In this document: positions 16,193-26,709 of the stretch, one piece after another | Layout: every line of letters starts with the position of its first letter | Numbering within the stretch: the stretch's first letter is position 1 | IMG/VR virus record: IMGVR_UViG_3300044640_002221 | Span: 64,001-128,000 of that record | Length of the DNA stretch: 64,000 nucleotides | Reading direction: 5' to 3' (one strand) | Source: a virus | Notes under the pieces: model-generated | What the model saw: only the letters and a program-made list of their open reading frames with translations | Told to the model about the DNA's origin: nothing | The model's database searches: none | Position numbers and translations under genes: made by a program

Positions 16193-16828
16193 TTAATCTG
16201 GAAGACTTGGTAGCTGTACTAGAGAAGTATCTACCTCGGTTAGCATTGCCTCTTGTGAATGTAGAATCCCCGTGTCTTTAGACCTGGGAGTGTCAAGCTG
16301 TATTTTCTTAAGTGTCTTCACTTTACTAACAACTGTTTCACTGATATTCTGCCATAAAACATTAATAGGAGTCTGAAGAATCTCTATAATAGTAAGTGGG
16401 GCTGGTGGAATAACAACAGCTTTTGATGACTGTTCCTCTACGTCTGCTGATCTTAAAGCTTTTACATTAGATTTTGCGTTAGTCACCATCGTAGTAGATT
16501 CTAGGCTGCCAAAATCAAGTTCTAACTGGATAAACTCTTTATTGAGCTTACTTTCTTCTACTATCTCTGGATTAACTTTATTCTCTACAAAGTGTGTAGC
16601 TATGTTAGATAAAAGTAATGGAAAGTAGACAGCTCCAATACAAACTGTGATCAGACTTAAAGTTATTAGCTGTAGTGCTTTCAAACTTAGCAAGATAGCT
16701 TCTTTGAGTTGTTTTAAGGATTCTTCTGTCCACAAATCATTCTTGGCGTAATGAATAACTTGCTGAGTGTACAAGTCTAAACGCTCTTCTAAAGTTGTTA
16801 AAAGTTCTTTTTGACTGGGTAAATACAT
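16193..16828 (-). CDS. Hypothetical protein with one hydrophobic segment
   Basis: LQLITLSLITVCIGAVYFPLLL. Confidence 0.6.
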   Translation of the reverse strand: MYLPSQKELLTTLEERLDLYTQQVIHYAKNDLWTEESLKQLKEAILLSLKALQLITLSLITVCIGAVYFPLLLSNIATHFVENKVNPEIVEESKLNKEFIQLELDFGSLESTTMVTNAKSNVKALRSADVEEQSSKAVVIPPAPLTIIEILQTPINVLWQNISETVVSKVKTLKKIQLDTPRSKDTGILHSQEAMLTEVDTSLVQLPSLPD

Positions 16829-16925
16829 AATTCTTTTCCTTTCTGTTAATTAAATAGTTTGGGGAGTCATAAGACCCCCCCTCTTTCTCTTTTCTTTTCT
16901 TTTCGTTTCTCTTACTTTGAGCTTA

Positions 16926-17186
16926 CTAAAACGGCTCTTGATAGCTTGGATCTAGCTTACTAAACCAATGTTTTATCCTTAAAGTTAGATAAGCCTTTAG
17001 AAGTCTTAACTGCTCTAATAAAGATGGGCTTAATTCTACACAATCAGTTTCTTCTACTATGCTGTAGTCTGTAAATACTAGAAATGTAGCACCATAACTG
17101 TTACCAGAACAGTCACCATACAACTCTAGCTCCGAAACCTTGTCTTTCAGCTTCTTGATTCCTTGATTTTTGATTAGATAGTACAT
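16926..17186 (-). CDS. Hypothetical protein
   Basis: RBS GGAGAAGAG and ATG. Confidence 0.7.
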   Translation of the reverse strand: MYYLIKNQGIKKLKDKVSELELYGDCSGNSYGATFLVFTDYSIVEETDCVELSPSLLEQLRLLKAYLTLRIKHWFSKLDPSYQEPF

Positions 17187-17226
17187 ACTACTCTTCTCCT
17201 TCCTGCTTTCTCTTTTCTTTTTTTTC

Positions 17227-17505
17227 TTACATAGCCAGCTCTGTTATGATTGGGTCTACTTCTATACCCAGTTCCTTTCTCAACAAAGTTAAGTTAGGTT
17301 TTGTGTCCTCAAAGCAAGTATTTCTTGATGTGCTGTATCTTTCTAAGATATTAGTAGTTCTGTTATAGATACCTTCTGGATATAGTGTTTCTGCATCCAG
17401 CCCTGCTTGAAGATAGAAATATGCTCCTGCGTAAGTATCCTCCTCCTGAGACCATAGAACTCCGTAACGCCAGGATAAGGCTACATAGTTATTTATCTTC
17501 TTCAT
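17227..17505 (-). CDS. Hypothetical protein
   Basis: ORF track; overlap packing. Confidence 0.7.
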   Translation of the reverse strand: MKKINNYVALSWRYGVLWSQEEDTYAGAYFYLQAGLDAETLYPEGIYNRTTNILERYSTSRNTCFEDTKPNLTLLRKELGIEVDPIITELAM

Positions 17506-17959
17506 TCAATACTCCTGTTAAACTAAAAGACTTCTCAGCTTTATCTAATGAGTTTCTTTCTATTCGCATCCAGTCACGCATCCAGCCGTCTACTTGACCG
17601 CGAACTGCATCCTCAAGAGGCTCACGAATCTTCATGGTTAACTGTCTGCCATACTCTGCTACTAGAGTGTCCACTAACTTCCTAAGATTTCTATCACCAA
17701 AGCGATCGGCTATCTCATGAATCTGCTCTTTAGTTATGCTGGCGGCTATTGCTCTGATTATTCTGTCTTCTTCTTCTAAGAGATCCTCAAGATGCTTTAT
17801 TTTTTGTTGATGCTCTTCTAACTGCTTCTCATATCTATTTAGAGAACACATTAAGTCTACTGTCTGCTCAAGTCTTGAAGAAAGACTATTTACTTTCTCT
17901 GTTAGTTTAAGAAGCTCTCTGACTCCCAAAAGACTTCTAGCAAGGTTTGTAATGTTCAT
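17489..17959 (-). CDS. Hypothetical coiled-coil protein
   Basis: ORF track; overlap packing. Confidence 0.7.
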   Translation of the reverse strand: MNITNLARSLLGVRELLKLTEKVNSLSSRLEQTVDLMCSLNRYEKQLEEHQQKIKHLEDLLEEEDRIIRAIAASITKEQIHEIADRFGDRNLRKLVDTLVAEYGRQLTMKIREPLEDAVRGQVDGWMRDWMRIERNSLDKAEKSFSLTGVLNEEDK

Positions 17960-17991
17960 AATTGTTTAGGGTAGCTTAACTCCCCATTTCA

Positions 17992-20238
17992 TTAAATCTT
18001 GACTGTTGTTTCACCTAGTACAAAAGAAACCTTTGCTTGAACTCCATCAAACTGACCTTGTAGAGTACAGTTATCGCGGCTGTCAAACTCCGGGAACCAT
18101 TGTTTACCAAGGATAACTGAGAACTTACTGCGCTGTACTTGCGATCGCAGTTCACGCTGACGTTTCTTAACTACTTCTATCTGGCACTCCAGCCAGCCTT
18201 TAATAACTTCATCCTTACAGTTCTCTATGCAAGTTTTGAAGTAGATTAAAGTATGTACCATTGCTGTAAGAGGAGTTCCAGCTTTAAGAGTGTGAGTTTC
18301 TTCCAGAGCCTCAACAGCTTTCTCAACTTTGGGTAAAGAACTCCAGCCTGCTACTTTTAGCTCAAAGGTCTTCACTTGGTATTGATCTGTTACATCTTCC
18401 TTAACTGTTGGTGGTGCAAATCCATTCTTAGTTATACCTTTAGACTGCAGGAACGCTGTCTGCTCTTTTGTGTAACCTTCAAAGGAAACTTGTTCTGGTG
18501 TTACTTCAGCCAGAAGATATTTATAAACCTTTAGCTTGGCTCCCAGAACTTCATCCTCTACTGCTAAGTTAGCTAGAGTTTGACCTGCACCAAGTTGTCT
18601 TGCTGATTCGGCGATCGCTTGATTGATGAGAGGTAGTTTATATAGTTCTGCTACTCCTTCTCTCCTGGAGCGCGTTGTTATATAAGTACCCCAATTCTCT
18701 AGCTCTTGGTTAAAGGGTTCTTGGTTGAAGATGTCAGAGATAGCTTCATCTGATAATGCTAATGGCAGTCTTGAAGTCCACAGATGACCATCTTTAATGA
18801 TTGTGTAGTTTCTCCAGGTATAGGTGCTTATAGCGGCTGTAAGCCCTACTTCATCTGCATCTGGCAGATAAACAATGCCCGGTATCCTAACCAAAGCTGA
18901 CAGACTCAACTTTGAGCTATTCCAAGTCAAGCCCGCAATATCAGAACTTGCTCCTTGGATGGGCTGGAACTCTGGATATCCTTCTGCCGTTACTGTCTTT
19001 CTACCTGTACGCTTGTACTTAAAGTCAGGATGAGAAGGTAAGAAAGAAGCATTATGTTCTAGCAGCTTATCTAACAAGTCCAAAACACAAAAAACATTTT
19101 TATCTGGCTGGGGATTTGCTTGGTAGCCAAATGGATATCTGTTACGAACAGGGTTAGGATAGCCAATTGAGTTAAGCGGAGGTATTGGTTTGAAAATGTT
19201 AGCTACTTGATTCTCAAACTCTCCATGCTCTTGTGCAGTAAAAGCTCTATTAAGTCCCTCGAATAGAAACTTATTACCAATTGCAGATGAAAGAGCGATC
19301 GCGTCAGCAGTCTTCATTCTTTGGTTGAGAACTACAGCCCCTGCTAAAGCACCATCAATTAATGAATGATAATCTGGGTCATTAAACTTCAAGTCATTGA
19401 TAACTACTTTCTTAGAGTCACCAGCTACATCATTACTAATGAAGTAAACAGAGAAAGTGTCCCCTACGCTAGGCGGAGAGACTAATACTTCCCCAAAGGC
19501 TTGCTCATAACTACAGATGCCACTGTGAAGAGTAAAGACGTTTAAAATCTCACCCATACCATCAAGCTCAACATTAACTTTCTTTACAGTAGGCATCCCT
19601 TCTATAAAGTCAGTCATTGCACGCCCATAGTCTTGTTGGTCTGAACAGTGGCGTAACTCCCCACCAACTTCAGCAGCCATTTGTGCTAATAATTCTTTGT
19701 TGTAGTAGTCACCATAACCAATAAACTGCGCGGAAGTGAGTCTAGACTCCAACTTTGATAAAGCAGAGCTGATGCTCTCTACTTCCTTTTTATAGTTATT
19801 TACTACTGGATAGCCGTCTGTGAACAACCACAGCGCAAAGTTTGTACTAATCCATGACAACTCCTCAATAACATTTAAAGAGTCTTGTAGAATCTCAGAG
19901 AAGCAAGTGAGAGACAAGGATTGTTTGTACTTGTTTAGCTCCTGATCCAGCTTGTTGTGGTCTTCTTCTGTCGTCAGCTTCAAGCCTTTAAAGACAAAGC
20001 GGTACATTCCTTCCGAGCTAAAGTATCCAAAAGATAAAGTGTCTTGTGTGTTTAACTCTCTATGGCTTGTCTTGAGGTCGTCAATTAGTCTTGGCAGTTC
20101 TCTACTCATAGAACCGCTGCGGTCTACTAACCAAATGTGGTTTACTGCCGCTCTGACCTTGCTTTCTACCCGAGACTTAACAGTAACGAACTGTTCGTTC
20201 AAGTAGAGGTCTCCAAACTTGATATGTCTGTTAGTCAT
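17992..20238 (-). CDS. von Willebrand factor A (VWA) domain protein
   Basis: MIDAS DRSGS, LFTDG, FIGYGDYYN.ELL..MA; long C-terminal region of unknown function. Confidence 0.85.
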   Translation of the reverse strand: MTNRHIKFGDLYLNEQFVTVKSRVESKVRAAVNHIWLVDRSGSMSRELPRLIDDLKTSHRELNTQDTLSFGYFSSEGMYRFVFKGLKLTTEEDHNKLDQELNKYKQSLSLTCFSEILQDSLNVIEELSWISTNFALWLFTDGYPVVNNYKKEVESISSALSKLESRLTSAQFIGYGDYYNKELLAQMAAEVGGELRHCSDQQDYGRAMTDFIEGMPTVKKVNVELDGMGEILNVFTLHSGICSYEQAFGEVLVSPPSVGDTFSVYFISNDVAGDSKKVVINDLKFNDPDYHSLIDGALAGAVVLNQRMKTADAIALSSAIGNKFLFEGLNRAFTAQEHGEFENQVANIFKPIPPLNSIGYPNPVRNRYPFGYQANPQPDKNVFCVLDLLDKLLEHNASFLPSHPDFKYKRTGRKTVTAEGYPEFQPIQGASSDIAGLTWNSSKLSLSALVRIPGIVYLPDADEVGLTAAISTYTWRNYTIIKDGHLWTSRLPLALSDEAISDIFNQEPFNQELENWGTYITTRSRREGVAELYKLPLINQAIAESARQLGAGQTLANLAVEDEVLGAKLKVYKYLLAEVTPEQVSFEGYTKEQTAFLQSKGITKNGFAPPTVKEDVTDQYQVKTFELKVAGWSSLPKVEKAVEALEETHTLKAGTPLTAMVHTLIYFKTCIENCKDEVIKGWLECQIEVVKKRQRELRSQVQRSKFSVILGKQWFPEFDSRDNCTLQGQFDGVQAKVSFVLGETTVKI

Positions 20239-20387
20239 GTTTATTGCTTTCTACTAGTAAATCAAACTTCATCTTTAGGTTGTCATACTGCTCTCTCCAG
20301 TAACAAACGTCGCATAGAGAAAGACTTTCACCTAAAGGTCTGCCACAATGTCCAGGGTTTATAGCATAGCTGCCACATACTCTACAT

Positions 20388-20810
20388 TTAGTTCTCATTC
20401 TCTTTTCTTTTTTCTTCCAGTTTTCCTAGCACAAGGCTAACAAAGCCTTGTATTTTATCTACAAACATTGGTATTGCTATATGTAGCTCTTCAGAAGAGG
20501 GTACTCCACTATCAGGTAAGTGTAGGTGCTTTGGCATTACTTCTGTCCATATAGCCGGAGAGTATTCGGTTTCCTCAATATCTTCTGAGTTAGTTACCCA
20601 AAGCCAACCTGCAGTTTCACCCAAGTCTGTTAAAACAACACCTTCGTTTTTTAGCTTGCTTATTGGGTTTACATAAACATCTATCACTGTGCCATCTGGT
20701 AACGTAAATGGAGTTGAAACTTTTATTTTGCATTTTGGTACAGGTTTATTAAGCCACTCGCAGCTATAACCCTGACCAAGCTGAAGCTGTAATTGATTAG
20801 GTGTGAGCAT
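20388..20810 (-). CDS. DUF1828-like protein
   Basis: VSTPFTLPDG..IDVYV....VVLTDLGET. Confidence 0.65.
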   Translation of the reverse strand: MLTPNQLQLQLGQGYSCEWLNKPVPKCKIKVSTPFTLPDGTVIDVYVNPISKLKNEGVVLTDLGETAGWLWVTNSEDIEETEYSPAIWTEVMPKHLHLPDSGVPSSEELHIAIPMFVDKIQGFVSLVLGKLEEKRKENEN

Positions 20811-20889
20811 GAGATAAAAAAGATAAAAAGAAAATAAAAAAATAAAAGAGGAAGATTTTTTCTGCTTCCTCTTTTTATCTTGTTGTAGC

Positions 20890-21813
20890 TTACACTAGGT
20901 CTAAGTCTTTGCTGAAAGCCTTAGTTGTGCGATCGTGTAGCTTAATCAAGTCTTTGAAACAGTCATCAACCTTCTTTTCACCTACGACTCCTATTAGCTT
21001 ACAAACCGCAACGTCTTCAGCTTCTTCCTCATCATGGGAGTAAATATCCCAATCTGAATATCTCCAAGGCTTAGGAGTGAGTCGAGCTCTAAAGGTTTCT
21101 TGGCTTCTACATAGCAGGGAGTATTTAGGGTCAGCATAGAGATTAGTCATCAGCACTTTAGTTTTTGGGCTTGATGGCGACCACTCTTTTGAAGTCTCAA
21201 TATACCGAAGACCTCCAGCAGTTCTATAGACTCTGAAGTCTCCGCCATTTTCAGCCTGCCATGCTCTAAGAGCTCCTAGAGCTTGTTTTTCACTAACTAC
21301 AGCTTCAGAATAGCCATCAGCTTTTCCCGCTATGTCCACATCAACTATCAACATTCTTTCAGCGTTAAGCACTGTAGCTTGATAGCTGTTAACTGTAGTA
21401 ATGCCCTGAAAGACCTCTTTGTAGTAATACTCATCTTCTACCTCCTCTGTAAGAACAGAGTAGCCTGCGTTATACCAGTCACGCTCTAGAAAGCTGTCAT
21501 TGTAGTTTAAGAACTCAGCTTTTGGAAATCTGTAAGGAATGACTTTCCACAGTTCTTGCTTCTCTCTAGCTGATAAACACTTATTCCATATTTCGAGGTA
21601 AGGTTTAGCCTCCGCAAAGTCATCAGTCCGGCTTAGTACCAACTCATGAATATAGGTGTTAACTTCAGCTTGTGCATCATTAAATCTTCTTCTTCTACTA
21701 GCCCAATACTTTAACTTTTTAAGCAGAGTAGGATACTTTTGTTTAAACTGTTGAAAGTTGCGTGGATGGCCTACCATCTCACTTCTGTGACTTTTATAAG
21801 CCATTTGTCTCAC
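20890..21813 (-). CDS. Conserved hypothetical protein with DxD and YRTAGG motifs
   Basis: MLIVDVD, FRVYRTAGGLRYI, DPKY..LC..QETFRARLTPKPWR, LHD. Confidence 0.65.
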   Translation of the reverse strand: MRQMAYKSHRSEMVGHPRNFQQFKQKYPTLLKKLKYWASRRRRFNDAQAEVNTYIHELVLSRTDDFAEAKPYLEIWNKCLSAREKQELWKVIPYRFPKAEFLNYNDSFLERDWYNAGYSVLTEEVEDEYYYKEVFQGITTVNSYQATVLNAERMLIVDVDIAGKADGYSEAVVSEKQALGALRAWQAENGGDFRVYRTAGGLRYIETSKEWSPSSPKTKVLMTNLYADPKYSLLCRSQETFRARLTPKPWRYSDWDIYSHDEEEAEDVAVCKLIGVVGEKKVDDCFKDLIKLHDRTTKAFSKDLDLV

Positions 21814-22105
21814 TACTCCTATTCTGTGCGGTTATGGAAGAGACTCTACAACAGTACCAATAGCTAACAGGAGTATTGCTTCTTCTATTAGTTCTTGTTA
21901 CTTCTATTAAGAATCTCTGTTGTGAAGACCTCTCAGGCTTGAACTTCCGATAGTTAGCTATATAAGGACTATACAAACTATAGAGCAGTTGTAAAGGGTC
22001 TTCACCAGCATTTACAACTGCTCTGACAATACCTATTCTTTCTACAGAGTGTTTTTTACTCCTCCAGCTCACCTGCTGATTTATCTGTACCATTGTTTCC
22101 TTCAA
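21794..22105 (-). CDS. Hypothetical protein
   Basis: ORF track; the true start may be internal (MVQINQQV). Confidence 0.6.
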   Translation of the reverse strand: MKETMVQINQQVSWRSKKHSVERIGIVRAVVNAGEDPLQLLYSLYSPYIANYRKFKPERSSQQRFLIEVTRTNRRSNTPVSYWYCCRVSSITAQNRSSETNGL

Positions 22106-22745
22106 TCTCTAATCGGTTAGTTTGAGCGATTGCTTTTAAACCTAAAGCTCTAACCTGGTCATCCATCCAAGCCGAAGCTTCTATCTTGCTGCGCGATATT
22201 GTGGCATCCATTGCTTCTTGGAAAGACTTCTCGACCCAAGGAGCTGTGTCAGTTAGATGCCTACTAACTGTTTCTGCCTTTTTTCTTAGCTCAGTCAGGT
22301 CTCCTTTGCCTGCTTTACCTTTAGAAGATAGTTCCTCAATAGCCTTCTTTAGCTCTTCTAAGGCTTCTAAGCCATCAGCTAGAGTATTCTTTAACTCTGA
22401 TTCAAATTCTGTTCTGGGTGGAGGAGGAGGGCAGTATCTTTCAACTTCTCCTTTTCCTGCTGGTGTTATCCACTCTAACGTACAGGGCGTACCAGTTCCA
22501 TTATTTAGGTTGGTTATTAACTCAGCAAACTGGTGATAAGAAAGTCTAAGAGAAATAACGCCTTTGTCCGGGTGAACATAGTTTCTACTTAATCTTCTAG
22601 TTAAGTGAGCTGTGTCAACTCTTACCTGTATATGCCCACCTAACTCTAATTCTTCTGCCATGAAGCAATTAGACTTATTACAGCCTTGTCTGGCTATAGA
22701 GATAATCCCAAAGGAAGGGTGTTCATATATTCTGTCGTTGCGCAT
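22056..22745 (-). CDS. Phage hypothetical protein
   Basis: HPSFGII..., LSYHQFAELITNLNNGTGTPCTLE, coiled-coil C-terminus. Confidence 0.7.
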   Translation of the reverse strand: MRNDRIYEHPSFGIISIARQGCNKSNCFMAEELELGGHIQVRVDTAHLTRRLSRNYVHPDKGVISLRLSYHQFAELITNLNNGTGTPCTLEWITPAGKGEVERYCPPPPPRTEFESELKNTLADGLEALEELKKAIEELSSKGKAGKGDLTELRKKAETVSRHLTDTAPWVEKSFQEAMDATISRSKIEASAWMDDQVRALGLKAIAQTNRLEIEGNNGTDKSAGELEE

Positions 22746-23269
22746 TATTGTTTTGCCTTTTTCTTTAACCAGTTATGAGCGTCTAACCACTCAATACTAT
22801 CTTTAGTAATCCAACACGCTCCACCACCATAAGCACCTGTTGTAGCTCTGTCAGCAGTATTGCTATAACAGAATCCAAAAGGAGGAATATTGTAGGTTTT
22901 TACCGCGTACTGAAGAAGAATATCTAATCCTACAGGCACTGTCTCGTCATAGTCAAATACTAGAACAGTAGGACTATGAGGGCTACCGTGTGAACAAACT
23001 AGGGTTTCAGAAGGATATCCGGCCTGGTGAAACAACATTATAGAAGCTTCAGAGTAGGAGAATTTAGTTAGAGTTTCTTGCTCATACAACTCAATAATCT
23101 TGCTATAAATTGCATGGGTAGAAACCTCTGTCAGTCTTTTTAGCTGAACACCAACTAAGTTTAGTTCAGACTGTAAAGCATCATACCCATTTAGAACTGA
23201 CTCAAACTCCTTGCGGTTCTCTTCACTTAGTAAGTCTAGCTGAAAGTATACCTTTGTGTAATAGTTCAT
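22745..23269 (-). CDS. Phage hypothetical protein
   Basis: ORF track; FCYSNTADR..GAYGGGACWIT. Confidence 0.7.
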   Translation of the reverse strand: MNYYTKVYFQLDLLSEENRKEFESVLNGYDALQSELNLVGVQLKRLTEVSTHAIYSKIIELYEQETLTKFSYSEASIMLFHQAGYPSETLVCSHGSPHSPTVLVFDYDETVPVGLDILLQYAVKTYNIPPFGFCYSNTADRATTGAYGGGACWITKDSIEWLDAHNWLKKKAKQ

Positions 23270-23328
23270 AAATTTCTTAATTGTTGAGTTGATTGGTTAG
23301 CCCTTTTACAGACTAACCGTTTAATTTA

Positions 23329-24231
23329 CTAACAGCCGCCGCGTACAGGTACTCTTACAGGCTGGCTCTCACTCATCTTATTACTTCCGGGTAACAGAGT
23401 GGTCAAATAAGCTCTTAATGATTCACCGCTATAAGGACGACGCACTACTAGACGCTCTCCAAGATTGTTTGTCTCAACATTAATGAAACAAACCTTCTCG
23501 GGTGCAGATGAACGCTCCTGCAGTTGAGATAGATATCTAAATTGAGATACTGCTAAATTAGCCGAGCGGGCGTATCTTGCTGTTTGTTCTAAGCTAACAA
23601 CATGACAAGGTTGAACTTGGATATCATAAATACCTCCTTGGTCAGGGCAAGCGCCATTAATCCAGTCAAAGTCCCCACAAGGTAAGAAACTATCACCACT
23701 AGATTGAACAAGCTTCCCAGGCTCAAAGTTACCACTCCAGTCGGTATCACGAGAAGGTCTAAAAGCTAAAGGGTTAGCTCTATCGAATGTTTCCTCTAAA
23801 GTAGAAGGCAACCAACTAGCACGGGTGTACAATACTAAGTCACCATCCCAGGTTAGGGGTATGGTTTGACTACCAGCTCTTTCAGCTAAACCAACTCTCA
23901 CGCTCTCATCTGGATGGCTTTTTAGTTTGTTCCAGAAGTTTACAAGAGGTTGATAAGGAATGCCATCATCTTGAAGCTTTCTGACTCTTGTACCGATACT
24001 GGTAGGGATAACTTCATCGTTGTAGAAATACTCTCCTGATTGATAGCGGAATGCTCCTCCTGTTGTTTCTTGGAGGTAGTTGTCTGTAGAAATCCAAGAC
24101 TCGCTAAATTCTTGATTACTTAACAACTTTGATTTAATCAAGTCAAAGTAAGAATTGCCTAAGTTGGAAATCAAGCGTGTTTGACCATTTGAGAAAACAG
24201 TAATTAAGTTATCGCTAATTAGGTACTTCAT
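23329..24231 (-). CDS. rIIB: rIIB-like protein (divergent C-terminus)
   Basis: PLVNFW.KL..HP, IPLTWDGDLVLY, V.VQPCHVVS; ATGA-coupled to rIIA. Confidence 0.6.
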   Translation of the reverse strand: MKYLISDNLITVFSNGQTRLISNLGNSYFDLIKSKLLSNQEFSESWISTDNYLQETTGGAFRYQSGEYFYNDEVIPTSIGTRVRKLQDDGIPYQPLVNFWNKLKSHPDESVRVGLAERAGSQTIPLTWDGDLVLYTRASWLPSTLEETFDRANPLAFRPSRDTDWSGNFEPGKLVQSSGDSFLPCGDFDWINGACPDQGGIYDIQVQPCHVVSLEQTARYARSANLAVSQFRYLSQLQERSSAPEKVCFINVETNNLGERLVVRRPYSGESLRAYLTTLLPGSNKMSESQPVRVPVRGGC

Positions 24232-26546
24232 GCGTCACAGTCCTTTATGTATTTTATAATTTCTGGTAACAATGCTTGTTGCTCTTTTGGTAACTCAGCA
24301 GAGTACCGAGACTTGTTGAAAGTGTAGTATCTGAGTATGTAAGTTAATAAAGGGTACTTCTCTACTAGCTTCTTGAAGATAGGTATGTTAGTCCATTGAT
24401 AACCTTGAAAGTAGTTGTTAGTGTGGTCAGCAGTGCCTTCTAACCTCCAAGATAGATTTTGTAGCCTTTCTCTTTTCTCTGTTCTTTCTGAGAGAGGCTC
24501 AAATACCTCTTTTTGCTCTAACAAACAGAATCCCTCTGCTGGATGGGAATTGATTATTAGAAACCTAGAACAAGATATATCAGCCAGCCAATTACCTTCA
24601 TCTGGTTTGTTTAATAGCTCTATAAGAACTAAAATATCTTCTCTTTTAATAGAAGAAGCTAACAATATTTCAGCCAGCGCACTTGAGGCTCTTTTATCTC
24701 CAAACAAAAAAGTCTTATTAAACCAATCTTGGTCTATTGTGTAGTTAATTAACTCTAGCCCTAGCTTATAGTAATCTGTAAGCCGGTCAAACTCTGTACT
24801 GCAGTAGTCTCTAAAGTTAATCCAGTTAGAGTCTTTTCTTAGCTCTTCAGCTATAGTGTTACTCACAAAAAACAAATCTTTTTTGGACAGAGAGGGAGGA
24901 AGATGGCAACGCTGGAAAGTATATTTAGCTTCTTCAGTCTTGATGTACACTCCTGAATCTGGAAGATCCTCTACTTTTTCTGTAGCTTCATAAATGTTGT
25001 GGATGCTCTCATCTGTTAAAGAGAGAGTTCTTGCGCCTCCTGACTTAACTAAACTTTTTAGACTAGCTTTCTTAGGTGTTAAACTAGAAGTTTTCTTTTT
25101 CTCAAAGTTTACAGTGATAACGTCGTCCATTAAAGATAGGAGTCTATGTCTTTTTACATAGTCTTCAGGCTCTTCTTCTGCTCTAATCGCTAATATGTGT
25201 TTATTAGACTCTACGTTAGCCAGTTTTCTCACTTTGTCTTTTGACATTCCTTTAGGATAAACAACCCAAGCGCAATCTAAGAGATGTTTAAGTGAATGAT
25301 TTGAACCATGAATAGTCGGTGAATCTCCTTGTGGAAGGTTTGCCCAAAATTCTTTGGTGATTTGACTGTATATAGAGTCATAAAAAGCTCCCCAAGTTAG
25401 AAAGCAAGATGAAAACAGGTCTGTGGTCAACCAAATATTTTTAGCACTACTGGCAAAAAAAGAGCATTTTGTAAGAGACACTCCCTGCCTCTCAAAATTA
25501 GAAAAAGGGTAGTCGCTATAAAAAGCTTTTAAGCAACTCCTTAGAGAAGGTAGCGTTACCAACTCAGAAAGTTTGGTTTCAACATCTGTTATTACTGACC
25601 ACACAAGAGCCTTCAGCTTATTTAGGTTCTTGTCTGTGTCTTCTATGTTTTCTCTATTAGAAGTAAGTTCCACTGACCCTACAGGTATTCTGATTATTAG
25701 GCTACTAAAGATTTTACTGTTAGCCGTTACCTCTAAGTCAAACTTAGTTAACAAACCTTTTACTTTTTGTCCTGTGATTAAGTAAGGTAGGTCTCCTATT
25801 AAAACTGTGACTTTTAGATAAGAAGTTCCGGCGTTATTAAAATACCAAGGTAAATCAATATCTCCTTGAAGCTTTTTAGCTACTCCTGTAAATTTCCAAG
25901 CTTTAGTGTCTTGAAAATATCCATACCCTTGTTTGAACACAATGGGTTGCTGCACCCACATAGTAAGTTCTCTGATATAATCAATAACTTTGAATATATC
26001 CTCTTCTTGAATAGGAATGCTTAGCTTTGTGCCATTTGGTTCATTTGTTGGCTGAGTATCTAAAGTAGCAGCGGCACAATTACCTTTTTCATTCCTGTAA
26101 AGAACATGGCTATACTTTATGCTATCGCATACACTTGTTATAGCTACTTGAGGGGCGATCGCCAGCGCACTAAATCTACCAACACCAAATCCACCCATTT
26201 GGGTATTATCTTCTCTTTTAGTAGACTCACCCCATCTCTTGTAAACCTTATCGAACCTTTCAGCACCAATACCTACACCACAATCTTCAAAAATTAGTAA
26301 AGGTTCGTCTTCTGTTGGTAATGTGATAGTAATAGGTAGATGCTGATTTCGTGCTTCTTTGTTAGCGTCTAGTGCGTTTTGTAGAGCCTCCCTGCAAGCA
26401 GCTTTTAAAGGATTTGCATATTGCTTTCTTATCAATATGTCTTGAATAATCTTTTTAGCTGTACCATCAGTTGGCAGGTCAAACTCTGACTGGTCTTCAG
26501 GTCTAAGGTTAGACAGGATAGTTCGTTCTTGTTGTGCTATTTGCAT
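24228..26546 (-). CDS. rIIA: rIIA-like protein (N-terminal GHKL/Hsp90-type ATPase)
   Basis: YANPLKAACREALQNALDA, FEDCGVGI, WGESTKR.DN..MGGFGVGRFSALA. Confidence 0.8.
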   Translation of the reverse strand: MQIAQQERTILSNLRPEDQSEFDLPTDGTAKKIIQDILIRKQYANPLKAACREALQNALDANKEARNQHLPITITLPTEDEPLLIFEDCGVGIGAERFDKVYKRWGESTKREDNTQMGGFGVGRFSALAIAPQVAITSVCDSIKYSHVLYRNEKGNCAAATLDTQPTNEPNGTKLSIPIQEEDIFKVIDYIRELTMWVQQPIVFKQGYGYFQDTKAWKFTGVAKKLQGDIDLPWYFNNAGTSYLKVTVLIGDLPYLITGQKVKGLLTKFDLEVTANSKIFSSLIIRIPVGSVELTSNRENIEDTDKNLNKLKALVWSVITDVETKLSELVTLPSLRSCLKAFYSDYPFSNFERQGVSLTKCSFFASSAKNIWLTTDLFSSCFLTWGAFYDSIYSQITKEFWANLPQGDSPTIHGSNHSLKHLLDCAWVVYPKGMSKDKVRKLANVESNKHILAIRAEEEPEDYVKRHRLLSLMDDVITVNFEKKKTSSLTPKKASLKSLVKSGGARTLSLTDESIHNIYEATEKVEDLPDSGVYIKTEEAKYTFQRCHLPPSLSKKDLFFVSNTIAEELRKDSNWINFRDYCSTEFDRLTDYYKLGLELINYTIDQDWFNKTFLFGDKRASSALAEILLASSIKREDILVLIELLNKPDEGNWLADISCSRFLIINSHPAEGFCLLEQKEVFEPLSERTEKRERLQNLSWRLEGTADHTNNYFQGYQWTNIPIFKKLVEKYPLLTYILRYYTFNKSRYSAELPKEQQALLPEIIKYIKDCDA

Positions 26547-26709
26547 ATTTAGTTTATTTTAAATTCTCTTTCCCTTTTCTTTTTTCTTACAGGAGAGCTA
26601 CTACTCTCCTAAATTTGCTACTTACTACACTTGTTGTTAACTTGCTCTTTTGATGGATTCAGGTCTGCTATCACTTTTAGCTTAACCGACAAAAGCTCCA
26701 CCAAGTTCT

